Position numbers and translations under genes: made by a program. The notes beneath the pieces are model-generated. The model was not told where the DNA came from, made no database searches, and worked only from the letters and a program-made list of their open reading frames with translations. From Cyanophora paradoxa CCMP329 (Eukaryota; Plantae; Glaucophyta), in NCBI GenBank assembly GCA_004431415.1, contig QPMI01000559.1:1-64000 (forward strand): 64,000 nucleotides of DNA, written 5' to 3'. Below are positions 49,321 to 61,800 of the stretch, piece after piece (the first letter of the stretch is position 1; the number at the start of each line of letters is the position of its first letter).

Positions 49321-51642
49321 ATGGAGTCACTGCCCTTCCCGTGTGCCTTCGATCCTTGCCTCGTTGCTTAGATACGGAAGCTGACGCTGGCCTCAGTTTT
49401 CCCTTCTCAAGCGGCGAGCACATGCTGTTTCTGGAAGCGCTCGAGATCTTGTGCACCTAGCCCTCGCTCGGCTCTGGTCTGACACGTCCAGTTTAATCTG
49501 ACAGCCCCCCGCGGCAGCGGCTACACGGACAACGGCGGGGACGAGTGGCTGCTCGTGGCCCAGCACATCGGCTCGCGTAGCATACAGGAGGTTAAAGAGC
49601 ACGCCGAGCGTTACTTCCGCCTTCTCCAGAGCAGTACGCTGCCCCCAGAGCCGGCGCGCCGCTTCTCACGAGTTCGCCCCAGAGAACCGCAATCCGCCAG
49701 CGGCCTTCGCGACGCCGAAACTCGGCCTCTGCACCGCCCACCTCGAAAACTCGCGTGCGGGCGCTGGGCCCACGCACCAACGAGAGCTGACGGCGCGCAC
49801 GCGCAGTCGATGCACTTGGGACACCGATCTACTCAGATGAGGCGGATTGGTCTCGGGAAGAAGAAGCACGCCGTGTCTTGCGCCAATGCGCGGGGGCAAG
49901 CTCTCTGAGACCCTCCTCAGGCGCGGTTCGAGGAAGCGCTGGCGGCCCTCGACGAGTCGGACCCGCAGCGCTTCCACAAGCTCTCTGCCCTGCTCCCGTG
50001 CGTCCTTTCCGTCCGCCGGGGGACGGTCCGAGACGAGCGGGGGCGGCAGGGGCAAGAGCGCGGACGAGTGTTCGAATCACTACCACGCCCTCCTCTATGA
50101 CGTCGCGGTGCGGGGCGCGCCGCACCGCCGCCCCGCGCCTAACGCTCTGCAGCGCATCGAGCGGGGGCACATTGCGCTCCCAGCGTACCAACACAGCCAG
50201 TTCACCTTCAGCTGGTCCGGGCCCATCCCTGGTCTCCCCTCCACGCCGGGTTCCAGCGCCCTTGCGGTGCGCCCCGCGCTCGCCAGCGCCGGCCCCACGG
50301 CCGCTGAGGGCGCAGCAGGAGGCGGCACAAGGGACGCACTCCGCATCTGGGGGCTCCCGCAGCATCGGCCGCTCCCGCCGCCGGGGCGCGCCGGGCTCGG
50401 GAAGCCCTCACGAGGGGGACAGGGACAAGATCGGCACAAAAGGTGCGCGGGGCCGCAAGCCGGAGAGACGGGGGCGTGGGGCGAGTGCGCGGATGGCGCA
50501 GGGATGCCGTGGTCCGAAGAGGAGCACCGCCTCTTCCTCTCGGGCCTGCAGAAGGTGCCCGGGGCGAACCTGCTTGGTGGCGGGGTCGACGGAGCGTGAT
50601 GCGGGCGCAGTTCGGGAAGGGGGACTGGCGAAACATTTCGCGCTCCTTCGTGGTGACGCGCACACCAACGCAGGCGAGTCGGGCTGGGTCGCCGGGGCTG
50701 CGGTGGCGGGGCGGGGCCGACGGGGCGGTAGGTGGCAAGCCACGCGCAGAAGTACTTCATGCGGCTCGCCAACGGGGCCAAGGAGAAGCGCCGCTCAAGC
50801 ATACATGACCTCACTATAACTCCTGAGCAGGCCCGCCTGCCCCTCTGCCCGCGTCCGGCCTGCCACCCGCCTCGCAGGCGGCACAGTTGGAGAAGGTCGC
50901 GGCGCAGCGCTCCAAGGACGCGTCCCCCGCCCCCGAGACCGCCGACGTAGACGCCCCGCCCCGGCCCCGCGCCGGTGCCTTACCCGGCTCCAAACCCCCA
51001 GACGGCCCCTGTCCCCTGACCGCGCTGCCGCAGGCCGTCGCCGCTCGGAGCCCCAGATCAAGTTCTCGGTGCCCCAGTGCCCTTCGAATGTTTGGGCGGC
51101 CAGGCTTGAGGCGGGGCGCAGATGATGACGGATGGGGGGGAAGAGGTGCAGGGGCCATCGGGTCGTGCGATGACAAGCTGGAGCCCGAAGTCAGCGTTGG
51201 GAGGGGGCGGCGGGACGGGGCCGGCGGAGTTGGCGTGCGGGCGGCACGCGGCGATGCTGGCGCCACCGAGCGCGGGGGGCTTCCGCGCCTCCTTCCCGAA
51301 TTCTTCCTCTTCGACCCCGGGGGGCTCGCCCAAGCCGGCCCCCGAGGGCCCGAACTCGGGGGGCAGCTCCCCGACGCACGGGGAGGACGCTCCCGCTCCC
51401 CCCATCGAGGGCCTCAACATCAGCGGAAAGCGCCGGCGCGACCTGCCCGACACCCTCTCCCCGGTGCGCTCTGCAGCCCGGCGGGGGGCTTGAGGCGGCC
51501 CTCACGGTGCCCTCAGGGGGCGATGCTTACGGACGCGTCGATTGGCGTCCCCTCCGCGGCAGTGTACGGGAACCCCGCGGCGGTGGCCCTCCCGCCCCTC
51601 CCCTCGCCATCCCCGCCCCCCTCTTCCATGTCTATATCATGA
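49321..51642 (+). CDS. DIVARICATA-type (SHAQKYF) MYB transcription factor with an extra N-terminal SANT/MYB repeat
   Basis: WLLVAQHIGSRSIQEVKEHAERYF; WSREEEARFEEALA...[69 protein letters not shown]. Confidence 0.88.
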
Positions 51643-51717
51643 GCGCATGCGCGCCCAGTCCCTCGCACCACGTTCACAGTTTCCTCTTTCCCATTTCGTC
51701 CGTGCCATACCTATTTG

Positions 51718-53483
51718 TTAAGTGCATGTGTATGTAGCAGTTCGATCCAGCAGCGCTGCGGCCGCTCGAAGGACCGCTTCCGGGTCGTGCTGCACGGGCA
51801 GATGCAACTCGACAAATGCACACGTTTCAGATCTACATATACCGCCGGCGTCGTCAAGGTCGCCCGCTTTGCGGTTGCTGCGGACCCTGCAGCTTCTCCA
51901 TCTGGTAGCGGTCTGCAGCGAGGTTGGGTACGGGTGGGGGCGCGAGTGGTACGGTGAGGGCGAACCGGCGAGCTCGCGCAGACGGGCGCGGGATAGATTG
52001 AGGCGGAAGGCGGCGCGCAGGAGGGTGTCGGGGTCCAAGATCTGCCGCCACCCCCCTCGCAGGCGCCCGGCGCCAGGGCGGAGGGAAGGGGGCTCGCACC
52101 TGCGGGGGGAAGTTTCTGACAGTCGTCATGATGCCCTCGATGCGCTGACGCAGGAGCTCCTCTGCGGGCGCTCAGCGAAGTGGGCAGCGGCGGGGAAGAC
52201 CGGCGCACGCTCGGACATGCGCATGAGGGCCACGGCGACGCGGAAGATGACCTTGTAGCCCTGCACGGGGGCTTGAGCGGGGCGGGAGGGGCAGGCGCGG
52301 GGGTCGTGCCTCGAAGAAGAAGCAGTCCCAGATGCGTAGGACGGTGGCAAAGGGAAAGGTGCGGGAGAAGAATGTGATGAACCACTCCGTCGAGAACATC
52401 CCCACGGGGATCCCCTCCGCCGTCTGTCCCCGGCCCCGGCCCCTGAACCCCCGCGCGCTGCCCATAACCGCTTGCCGTACCAGGTGCGCGAGAAGCCGCG
52501 GGGTGTACTGCCTCAAAAGGTGCTCGAACTGGAAAAGAGCCTGCACGGGGGCGTCACCCTGCGCAGGGCGGCGGGCGCGGGGCGGCGGGCGCCTGATTGA
52601 CGAGGGGCAGGCCGGGACTGAAGAGCCCCTTGAGGCGGAAGCGGTCGCCCTGGAGGAGGCGGACAAGGGCCCAGAAGGCGTCCTGCGAGGCGGCTGGGGC
52701 GCGCGCGGGGCAGTGCGGACCTCCGGGGCGCACCTCCTCGGGCATGTAGAGAAGAAGCACGGCTGCGATGAAGGCCATCCCCTGGCAGTACCCCACGTCG
52801 GGGTCGTGCAGCGAGTACGCTTTCAGCACGTTGTACAGCTTCTGCTGCCTGCCGACCGCCCACCATTAAAATCCGCCGCGCGCTGACCAGGGCGCGCGGC
52901 CCTGGCGCACCCGGGCCCTCGCTCCTGCATGTACAGGACGTGTGTGGGGAAGGTCCGGCCAAGGTCGCGCTGGATGGCCTCATCCGCCGGAACGTCCCGC
53001 ATTTGAAGGAGCATCTGCGGCTATCGATTCAGCCCCGGCGGGTCGAGCCCGACACGGCTCTCGTATCCACTGCTCACTGCGTATCGCGTTGGGTTCTGCT
53101 TTTTTAGGTTAATGACGTTGAGGAGCTGCGGCCAGACGCGATACCGCAGCGAGTTCGGGACGCCCTTCCGCAGCCGCGACTTTACCTGCGCCGCCGTTGC
53201 AACCTCAGCTAGAGATGCGGCGCCAGCTCGTTCGCGGGGCGACGGGAATTGCCTTGCTGCTGTCGCGCTGCATAACGGCGGAGAAGTTCCGCAGCATCTT
53301 CTCCCACTTGGCGACGAGCTTCGGCTGCTCTGGGCGCGACACCCGGCCCGCGACGCGCATCTCGGAACCTGCGTGGCTCTCCAGGCGGAAGCCGTACTCA
53401 TCGCAGTCGATTGCAGCGGCATCTGGCGGGCGGGCCGGTGCCTGCGGCTGCAGCGGCTGACCGGCCGGCGCATGCGGGGCCAT
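51718..53483 (-). CDS. TBC-domain Rab GTPase-activating protein (EVI5/TBC1D10-like)
   Basis: DEYGF; KWEKM; [13 protein letters not shown]; [10 protein letters not shown]; GYCQGM; [23 protein letters not shown]. The 3' end is approximate. Confidence 0.9.
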
Positions 53484-53763
53484 CGCTAAACGAGGTGAGT
53501 TGGATGGGTTGGACGCGCTCGCAGCGCTGCGCGGCGTGGTCAGGACTCGAGCGGCGGCCGGCGAAAGCAACGCTGACCCGCCCATGCGCAGTCACCCAAC
53601 GTTTGAAACGCCAGGCCGGGCGGCGTTCCCTCCGCGCCAAGCGGCGAGGCTGGCCAGCCGCGGAACGGGTATCGAAAACTTTGCCGCCGAAAAACGTCGG
53701 TTGCAGCACACGAGCACACGCGAGCGTATACGTAGCGGTGCGAGTCCAGCCAGCGTGGCCTGG

Positions 53764-55430
53764 ATGCCACGGATTCTTCCACCGCCGCCCACGGGTGCGC
53801 TCGCCGGCGCAGCTTATCAGCCGTATCCACCGATGCTTTGATCGCCGGCGCAGCTTATCGGCCGTATGCCGAAACTTGCTTGTCGGATCGGAAGAGGCCA
53901 TCCGCAGCGTTTGCGTCGGCCACACCACGATGCTCTGGGTCGTTCTCGAGAGGATTCGATGCGGATACGCCCGGCCCTGATTACGTATACACGGGCTTTG
54001 GCATACGCGTTCAAGATCGTGTCAGGCCGAGCAGCTCCTTCGCTTCCAGCTCGCCACGATTTTTGCGGCCTCGCTCTACGTCGCCTGCCGCAAGCTATAA
54101 TATCCGCCGCGATTTTGACGAGGATCCGGGCGAACGACGCCGGCCCACCTCCTCATTCGGAAGCTCGCCGCGACGACATCCTTTCGAGGGCAGCCTGGAA
54201 TACACCCCAGGTGTCGGAAGGTGCGGCAGCTGCTCGCTCTAGGCTACGGGTGCGCGGAATTGGCGCTTAAACGACCCGTGAGGCCCCCGACCTCGAGGGG
54301 TCCATGCATATGATGTCTCATCAGGTACGACTCCAAGGGTCTCCAAGCACTTGACTCCAAGGTTCGCGTACACATCACAGCTTCGAAAAATAGCTCAGTG
54401 CTGCCACAGCGCCCGTCAAGTGCTTTCGCCAGTAGCTCGCCGCGTTTTCAAGAGCGTCCTCGACACTCGCCGGGCCCGAGTGACTACCAGCTCCGGGGGC
54501 GCAGCCGGCTGACTGCAGACCGCCTTCGTCCTTCTTCTGCCTTCGCAAGCCGCTCTCCCGCGCGCGGGCAAAGCCCCATCGGGGCACCTGACGTGGGGAC
54601 GCCCGGGGTAATACCCCTTGAAGAGTTTTGCGTGTGCTGCAGCCAATCATTGTGCAGCCCGGGGCGTACCACCACGGCTTCTCCGAAGCAGGCATGCTGC
54701 GCGACCGCAGGCGACCAAGCTCTGCATTTGCCAGCTCGAGTCCGCGATTTCAGCCAGAAGGGATCACAACTTTTCGAGGACACCCTACATGGCGCAGCTC
54801 GACCGCTGCTGATGGAAGCCGTTCTGCGCGCCAGGGAGAACGTCGCATATATTATCACTCTCTTTCGGACCGTCAGGTACGCGATAGCATGGCCCAATAT
54901 CTCTAGATAGCTGGCCGCCTATCGTATATCTCTTTCATCAAAGCATTTGGAGAAGCTCAATCTCTTTCATCAAAGGAAGTCGAAATCTTTTCTTGACTCG
55001 ACCCGTCAGGCACCTTCTGAACGCCTATCGGTGCCTCGCCCTGAGCCAGGTTCTTCCCCCTTTCTCGTGGATCCGGACGGAATCGTATGATTCGCTGTCA
55101 GGGACGTACTATGTGGCTCAGCCTGGACACGCCTCGGGCCGCGGATTGAGTTCAGGTTTCGCATCCGGGACACCACGCGGACACATCGACCGCACACGTA
55201 TGGTATCTGGCAACCTTGATGCGTATCGGCCAGGCCTGAGAAAAAAAGTCAGTCAGTCAAAAATTGTCCTCGTCGCGTTTCCGCCCTACCTCGAGCCTCA
55301 GATCGGTTTCATTCCTCGAGCTGCCCGGCGGCCGATCTTCGGTGAATCGAACACACCGGGGGTTGGATCGAACAGCACGGGTATAGTTAAAGCGTTGACG
55401 GTCTAGGAGTGGTCCCGCGCGCCCGTAGCT
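53764..55430 (+). CDS. STPG/ODF3 (SHIPPO-repeat)-like flagellar protein, multi-exon
   Basis: Recurrent RPSSAFASSSPRF and (T/S)PG(P/V)G.Y motifs. Ends are approximate. Confidence 0.65.
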
Positions 55431-55817
55431 TAGAAAGAGCACCGGGGTAAGCTTTTTTCAATGACAACAACTTGCTCTCCTCATGCAATATGTCGCCAGC
55501 CCTGGTGAGTACACCATCCCACTCTAGTATGAATTCGCACACACCGAGACAAATGGCTAAAGATAAGCCACACCATCCCGTCTACGCACTGGCATCCCAT
55601 TGGCTGTTTCAGATTAGAGATCTCGCGCCTCAAGAAGACGCGCGGAGTCGTCCCGGCCCCCTCGCGATCGCGCTCTACGTTTGCCCAAAACGAATGGCGA
55701 AAAATATAGTACTACTGTATTTATAACGCACGTCAAAAGAGTACTCAATCCAGACCTGCAAGTGGATTTCCATATATATATATATATGTATTTCTGATTG
55801 GGGATTCCGGTACCCCG

Positions 55818-58800
55818 GAAAATTGCGCGAAGGCCCGCGAGCGAGTAAGCCGGCGCAGTGGGGCTTCCCCAACGAGGGTGCCTGCTAGCACTGCACGTGG
55901 CCGGTCCCAAAACTCGCGGCGCCGACGCCCAACGACCAGCACGGCCCGAACACGCAAAGTAGGTCCGCCGGGCGGGCAACGACAGCCGCAGCGACACCAC
56001 AGACATCTAGAAGAGCAGCTGCGCCCCTGTTGGCGCCGCGACTGGCGCCAGCTCCCGCGGTAACGTGTTTAAACGGGCCGGTCCCCGCCGCCTTCTCCTG
56101 CCACTCCGAGCGCGCCCGAGAGACGCCACACAACATCTAGAGCCAGCATACGCTCGTTTAAGCTCCCGTCCTCGCTCCGCCCGCCTTCCCGCCAACGCAT
56201 GCCACCCGCGCATGCGCGGCTCGCCTGAGCTCACGCCCACAGCGCACGACGCACAACTCGACTCGACTCCGCGCAGTCGGACGCGCGGCTCCGCCAACGC
56301 ACCCGGCTCCGCTGCCGCCGATCATGCGGGACCCTCCCCGCGCCCGTCGCTCACACCCTCCGCCCGCGCCCCTCCTCTATGAACTCTGACGCCGGCCCCG
56401 TACGGCCACAGAGCACGCCGGCGCCGGCGGCCCGTGCGCGGGGCCGCCCGCGCCAGCACGACACTCAAGAACCACGGGGCCGCGTCCCCCCGCTCACTTG
56501 GCTCTCCGTGACGCGTGCGCGACGCTCGCAGGCCTCTGGCGGGACGCGGAGCAAGCGCCCCAAGACGCGGCGGTGGACAGAGCCCCGAGCTGTGATGCCG
56601 CCTCTGCTGGCGCCGCTGGCGCCGGCATGCAAGCCGACGACCCCTACGTATACCCGGGCGCATGAGCACTCTAACGCTCGCCCAGCTGCCACCGCGGGGT
56701 CTGAGCCAGACGGCGCTCGCCTGCCTCAGGGCCCGGCCTCGCCGGGAGGGGATACCCCCCGTGGGAAAAAAACAGGAAGGCGCCTGCCAACCCGCCTAGC
56801 TCGCAGCGTAGCGCTGCGTGCGCGATCACCAGTGCGAGAGTAGAGGCCGCGACAGCCTAGGTAGCGTCCGCCGCGATGTCTGCGTAGGTATGCCGGCCAC
56901 TCTCTCCAAACCGCCCCGCCAACGCGGCAACATCGCCCGGGAGTCCCTGGGTGATGTAACTGCAAGCAGTTACCGCGTCTCACGCACACCCTGGACCGCC
57001 CTCTTGAATCAATCTCCTTGCCGAGCTACGTCTGGCCTCCCTGGCCACGCCTCGCCATACACCCGCTGCCGACCCGCTCTCTACCGACCCGCTCTCAGAC
57101 CGCCTCCTCCTCCTCCCCAAGCGCCAAGTCGCTGAGGCTGGGCAAGCCGCATCGCCCATTTCCCGCCCAGACGCGCATTTAGCGCCCTTTCCTGCGAGGC
57201 CGCTACTGTACGTGTCAGCTGTAATTTGACGGCTTCCCGAACGCAGACTTTTGAGACTTGGACGATGCGGCGCACAGGCGACGGGTCCGGGGCGGCTAGG
57301 CACACGCACGCCTGGAACCACGTGCACGCGCATCTCTGGGCAGCCAGATGTGACCAACTAGCTGATCAGTCGGACCGCTGCGCGCGTCCCGCCGAGCACA
57401 GACATCCTCCAACCCTAGACGCTGTCCGACCCCCTAACGTGTCTGCCGCTGTAGACGTCAACACTAACGCTCCGGGGCATATCTCGTTTGGCGACCTTTT
57501 CCCAACCACCCATTACGCCTCAGGGAGCCCCTCATAGGCCCGCCCCATCGCTCATGCGCCACAAGCCGGAGGGGAATCTCAGGATGATGACCTTTAACGT
57601 GCGGGGCACGTCCGAGGGCCGGCTTCAGCAGGCCGAAGACTTCGCCGTGAAATGGGGGTCGACGTGATGGCTCTCCAAGAGCTCTCAGTCACGCGCGCCG
57701 AACTGCACTCGGCGCTCTTCACCCCGGCAGCGGAGCCCGGCGAGCCCCCAAGAGCTCGATCACGCGGGTCGCCTAATCCACTCAATTAAGAAAACAAAAC
57801 CGAAAGGAAACGGAGCGGCGCTATGGGTGGCGGCGCCCTGGGCGCGGCACATCGCGCGCCACTATCACTACCCGGGCCGGCTTGCCGGCTGTGAAATGCG
57901 CTTCAAGGGAAACCGCCAGCTCTTCGTAGTGAGCGTATACATGCGGCCACCCAGCGGAAGCCTGAGCACAAGACCGATCAGGCGGCGCTCCTCGAATGCA
58001 TCGAGCGCATCTACGCGGACTTCCGATCGCGCTCGACCGCGCACCTCATCCTTCTCGGCGACTGGAACTCCGTGAAGACGCCGGCCACGTCCCGCATCCG
58101 CGCGGGACGGTTCGTCCAGTCCTGGACGCCGGAACGCGAGTGGTGGGGAAAACTGACCGGCACCTGGGCACTAGTTGACGCGGCGACACAGAAAGGCCAC
58201 GAACACGAAGTTACCTTCATCAGGCGCGGCCCGAGCCAGCACGGCGCCGAAGAGGATGGCGGGGACGACGGCGCCGACGACTCGGACTCGGAACAGGACC
58301 AGCAAATGGACGGGCCGCCGTCGCCGAAGGCGCCGCGGTCATCTCGGCAGGACGTATCGATGCGGTGTTGCACTCTGCAGGTCTCGCGCCAGCGCTCCTG
58401 GCGGTGCACCGCTGCCGCCAGAGGTGGCGCTACCGCACCCCTCTGACCACTTCCCGGTCATGGCCGACTACGATCTGCTCAAAGCCGAACTCGTCAGACC
58501 GCCGCGGGCGATGCCCGCCCGGCGCACCCGCCGCCGCTCTTCGCACCGCACCTACTTGAGAAGGAGAAGCTGCCGGCCTTCCGAAAGGCTGTAGAAGACC
58601 GTCTGCAAGCCCTGGAAAGCGATCTTGAGAAAGCGCTAGGCGCGGCGGGCACGGAACAAGAGCGCAGGGACCGGGTCAGCTCTCTCTACCGACAGGCCAC
58701 GGAGGCGGTGCTGACGCTCGCTAAGGAACACAAATGCTTGAAAGCCGCGGATCGCGCCCGCCCACTCGCAGAGCGGTGCCGTGGCAGCTGGTCATGTCCA

Positions 58801-61800
58801 AGAAAGTGGAGCGCCTGATCGCTGGATGGACTGTTGAAGCGCCCGGAGGCTTGCCGTCGGCCCCGCTGGTCGCCCGGATCGAGAAACTGGAGGCTCTCAT
58901 CAAAGGCTCGTCCCGGACCGAACCCATGCCCGCCGCCCGTACGCGACGCTGACGACGAGCGCCGTTCCCGGGCGCTACGTAGCGTGGCGGCTGTACTTCC
59001 GGTCGCTGAACGCATGGCGCAACCGCGTCCGCCGGCGCCACCAACACGAGACGCGCGCAGAGAAGCAGCGACAGATCCAGGAATTCGTTACTGCGCGCCA
59101 GGCCCGGTTTGCAGACCCGCGCAAGCTGCGCAGCTATCTAGACTCCATTCTGGAGCGGTCCAGGGGGAGCCGATCATGCACGTCACCCGCCTGGCGCGCG
59201 AAGGCAACTTCTATGAAATTTACACGGCCCCGAGGAGGTGAAGGCAGTGATGGCGGAGCACTGGCGTCAGTGGTGTGCGAAGAGAAACCCCTGGTAGGGT
59301 GCACAGCGGACTTAATACCCGACTCCCAGCTCGCCTTCCTGCCCCCGACTTCTGGCGCGCGCTCTACCGCCCCTCGGGACGCACGTGGCGACCGCGGAAG
59401 CCTTCGCGGGAGTCATGGCTGAGCCTACGTACGAAGAGCTAGGGGCACACGTGCGCTCGCTCACGGATGGAGCGGGAGGGCCTCCAACTGCACGAACGCG
59501 ATCCTGAAGACGCTCTGGAACCCCGACCTGCCGGACGCCATGGATCCAGAGGCGTACCCCCCCGCGGTCGTCGGCTCCTGATGGCCATCGTCTGCGAGGC
59601 CCTCCGCCTGCGCGACCTGCCCGCCGAGATGTGTGAGAGCAATATCTTCGGGATCCCAAGAACGGGAGCTGGGACGGAGACATTGAAGGGAACCTCCGCC
59701 CGATCACGCTGCAGGAAGTTGGCCTCAAGCTAACGACGGGCCTCGTCACGAAACGGCTAGCCGAGGCCATCGAGAAGCACGGAATCCTTAAGGGGTAAAT
59801 TATGGCTTCAGGAAGGCTAAGGCGACAGATGATGCCTTCACCTAATGGTCGCTATTCTAGAGGACGCTAAGGAGCACCGCAAGCCCATCTACCTCTTGCT
59901 ACAGGATATCAGACGGGCGTACGATTCAGTTTCCTGGGCCAGCATGGAGCTCTCCCTCCGACGCATCGGGCCCCGAGACGTACATCGACCTGCACCGCAA
60001 CATATTCGAACGACGCCGGGCGCGAGCTATCACGGGCCACGGACTGTCAGACGTGTTTGAACTCGAATGTGGGCTCCCGCAGGGCGGCATCGAATCCCGC
60101 TCCACTGGCTCATCTTCTACGATGCCTTGCTCTGCGCTCACAAGAATTAGACAGGCTCGAGCAGGAAAAGGGGGGCGCGGGGTCGCGTACGTCATGGGCA
60201 TGGGCGAAGACGACGCGGACTTCGCCCCCGCACGGGTGACCGGGAGCGCCTACGCGGACGACACGCAGTGGATGAGCGGATCGGCCGAAGGGATCCAGAT
60301 GCTCGCGGACGTGGCGTCTGAATTCTTCCGCCTGCACGACATCGCCGTCAACGCGCGGAAAACAGAGTTTGCGTACAACAACGTCTCACCCGAGCCTGAA
60401 CCCCCGCTGCTCGGCAATCCCGCGTCCCGGTCGGCAAGAAGCTGAAACCGGGCGAGCATTTCAAGCTGCTCGGCGTCTACCTGACCGCGAACCTGTCGTG
60501 GAAGGAGCAGATCAGACAGATGGAAGCGCAGGCTCGCGAGACGGTGGCGGTCATAGCTCGTAAGCAGCTGACCGCGCAAGAGGCCTGCTACGTTGTCGAG
60601 GCCGTCGTGCAGGCGCGGATCGCCTACGGGCTCAAAGTGACGCCGCTCACAGAGAGGCAGTGCGATCGCCTAGATGCCATCTGGATGCGCGTGGTTAAGC
60701 ACCATGGGGGCCTGGCGGCATCGACTTCCAACTACGCGCTCTGGAGCCACGGCACGTACAGCCTGCCGCGCACAGCGCACCTGATGGCCAAGAACCAAAT
60801 CACGGATCTGCTCGTCGCCTCTGTGGCGAGCCGGAAGAGCTGCTATCTCAGGTGATGATGCACCGCATCCGGGACCTCCAGCGCAAGCTAGGCGTCCCGC
60901 TGCTGCCGACCGAGTTCCTGAACGCCCCAGTGTCACGCCAGCTTGCTCGATCGAATGCGATCGCCGCAGTGATGCCGCTCCTGCAGCGCCAGCTCTACCG
61001 GATCCAGTCCAACCACGCCCGCTTCTTGTTCACGCCGTACCCCCCCGCAGCCACTTGGCCCGACCCCGCGGAACTGCGCCGGGAATTCGTGCTTACCTCA
61101 CACATTCCCCGGAAGTGTTCAGCACGGCTGCGCCCGCCCTCCACCGCGCACGGCTCTACTGGATGTCCGACGTCACGGCGCGCGATGGGGAACGCCTCTG
61201 CACCTGGCGAGACCTGCACCTCCGCGCCCCCGCGGCACGCTCCTTGGGCAGCGCCCGCCTGGTGGAAGGCGGTGGCCAAGGCCTCACGATCGACGGGCGC
61301 GGTTCGGGCGCCCTCCGATACCCCATGCGGCAACCGCCCGGTACCCTTCCTCGGCCATGGTACAGCTTCCGGGCGGGGCAAGGAAGTTAATTCACCAACC
61401 GGGAGACTTCGTCTGCTACTACGACCTCGCAACGATTCACGAGACGGATGCGGTACCGGAAATCGGCCGGGTCCGCTCCGCTGAGGCCGAGGCCGGCAGC
61501 CTAGTAGCGACGGAGTGCGGCTGGAGCACTGGGTCCCGTCCCAGAAGAGGCCGACGACGAGGCCAACGGAGCCTACTGCCGCTGCGATGGCCACTGTCAG
61601 CTCGGACCCGCGAAGGGCCGCCCGCCCCAGCTGCGCGCCGCTTTAATATCGTACCGGGAGAGGGCCGCCGCCACTGGCACGACAACCACGTCTGCCCTCA
61701 AGGCGCCGGCGCGGCCTGCCGGGCGACGAGCACCTGCGATGACGAGGGCAAGTACGGGACGGCGGTGGGAGGATGGGTAGAGCACGCGTCCGCACTCTGC

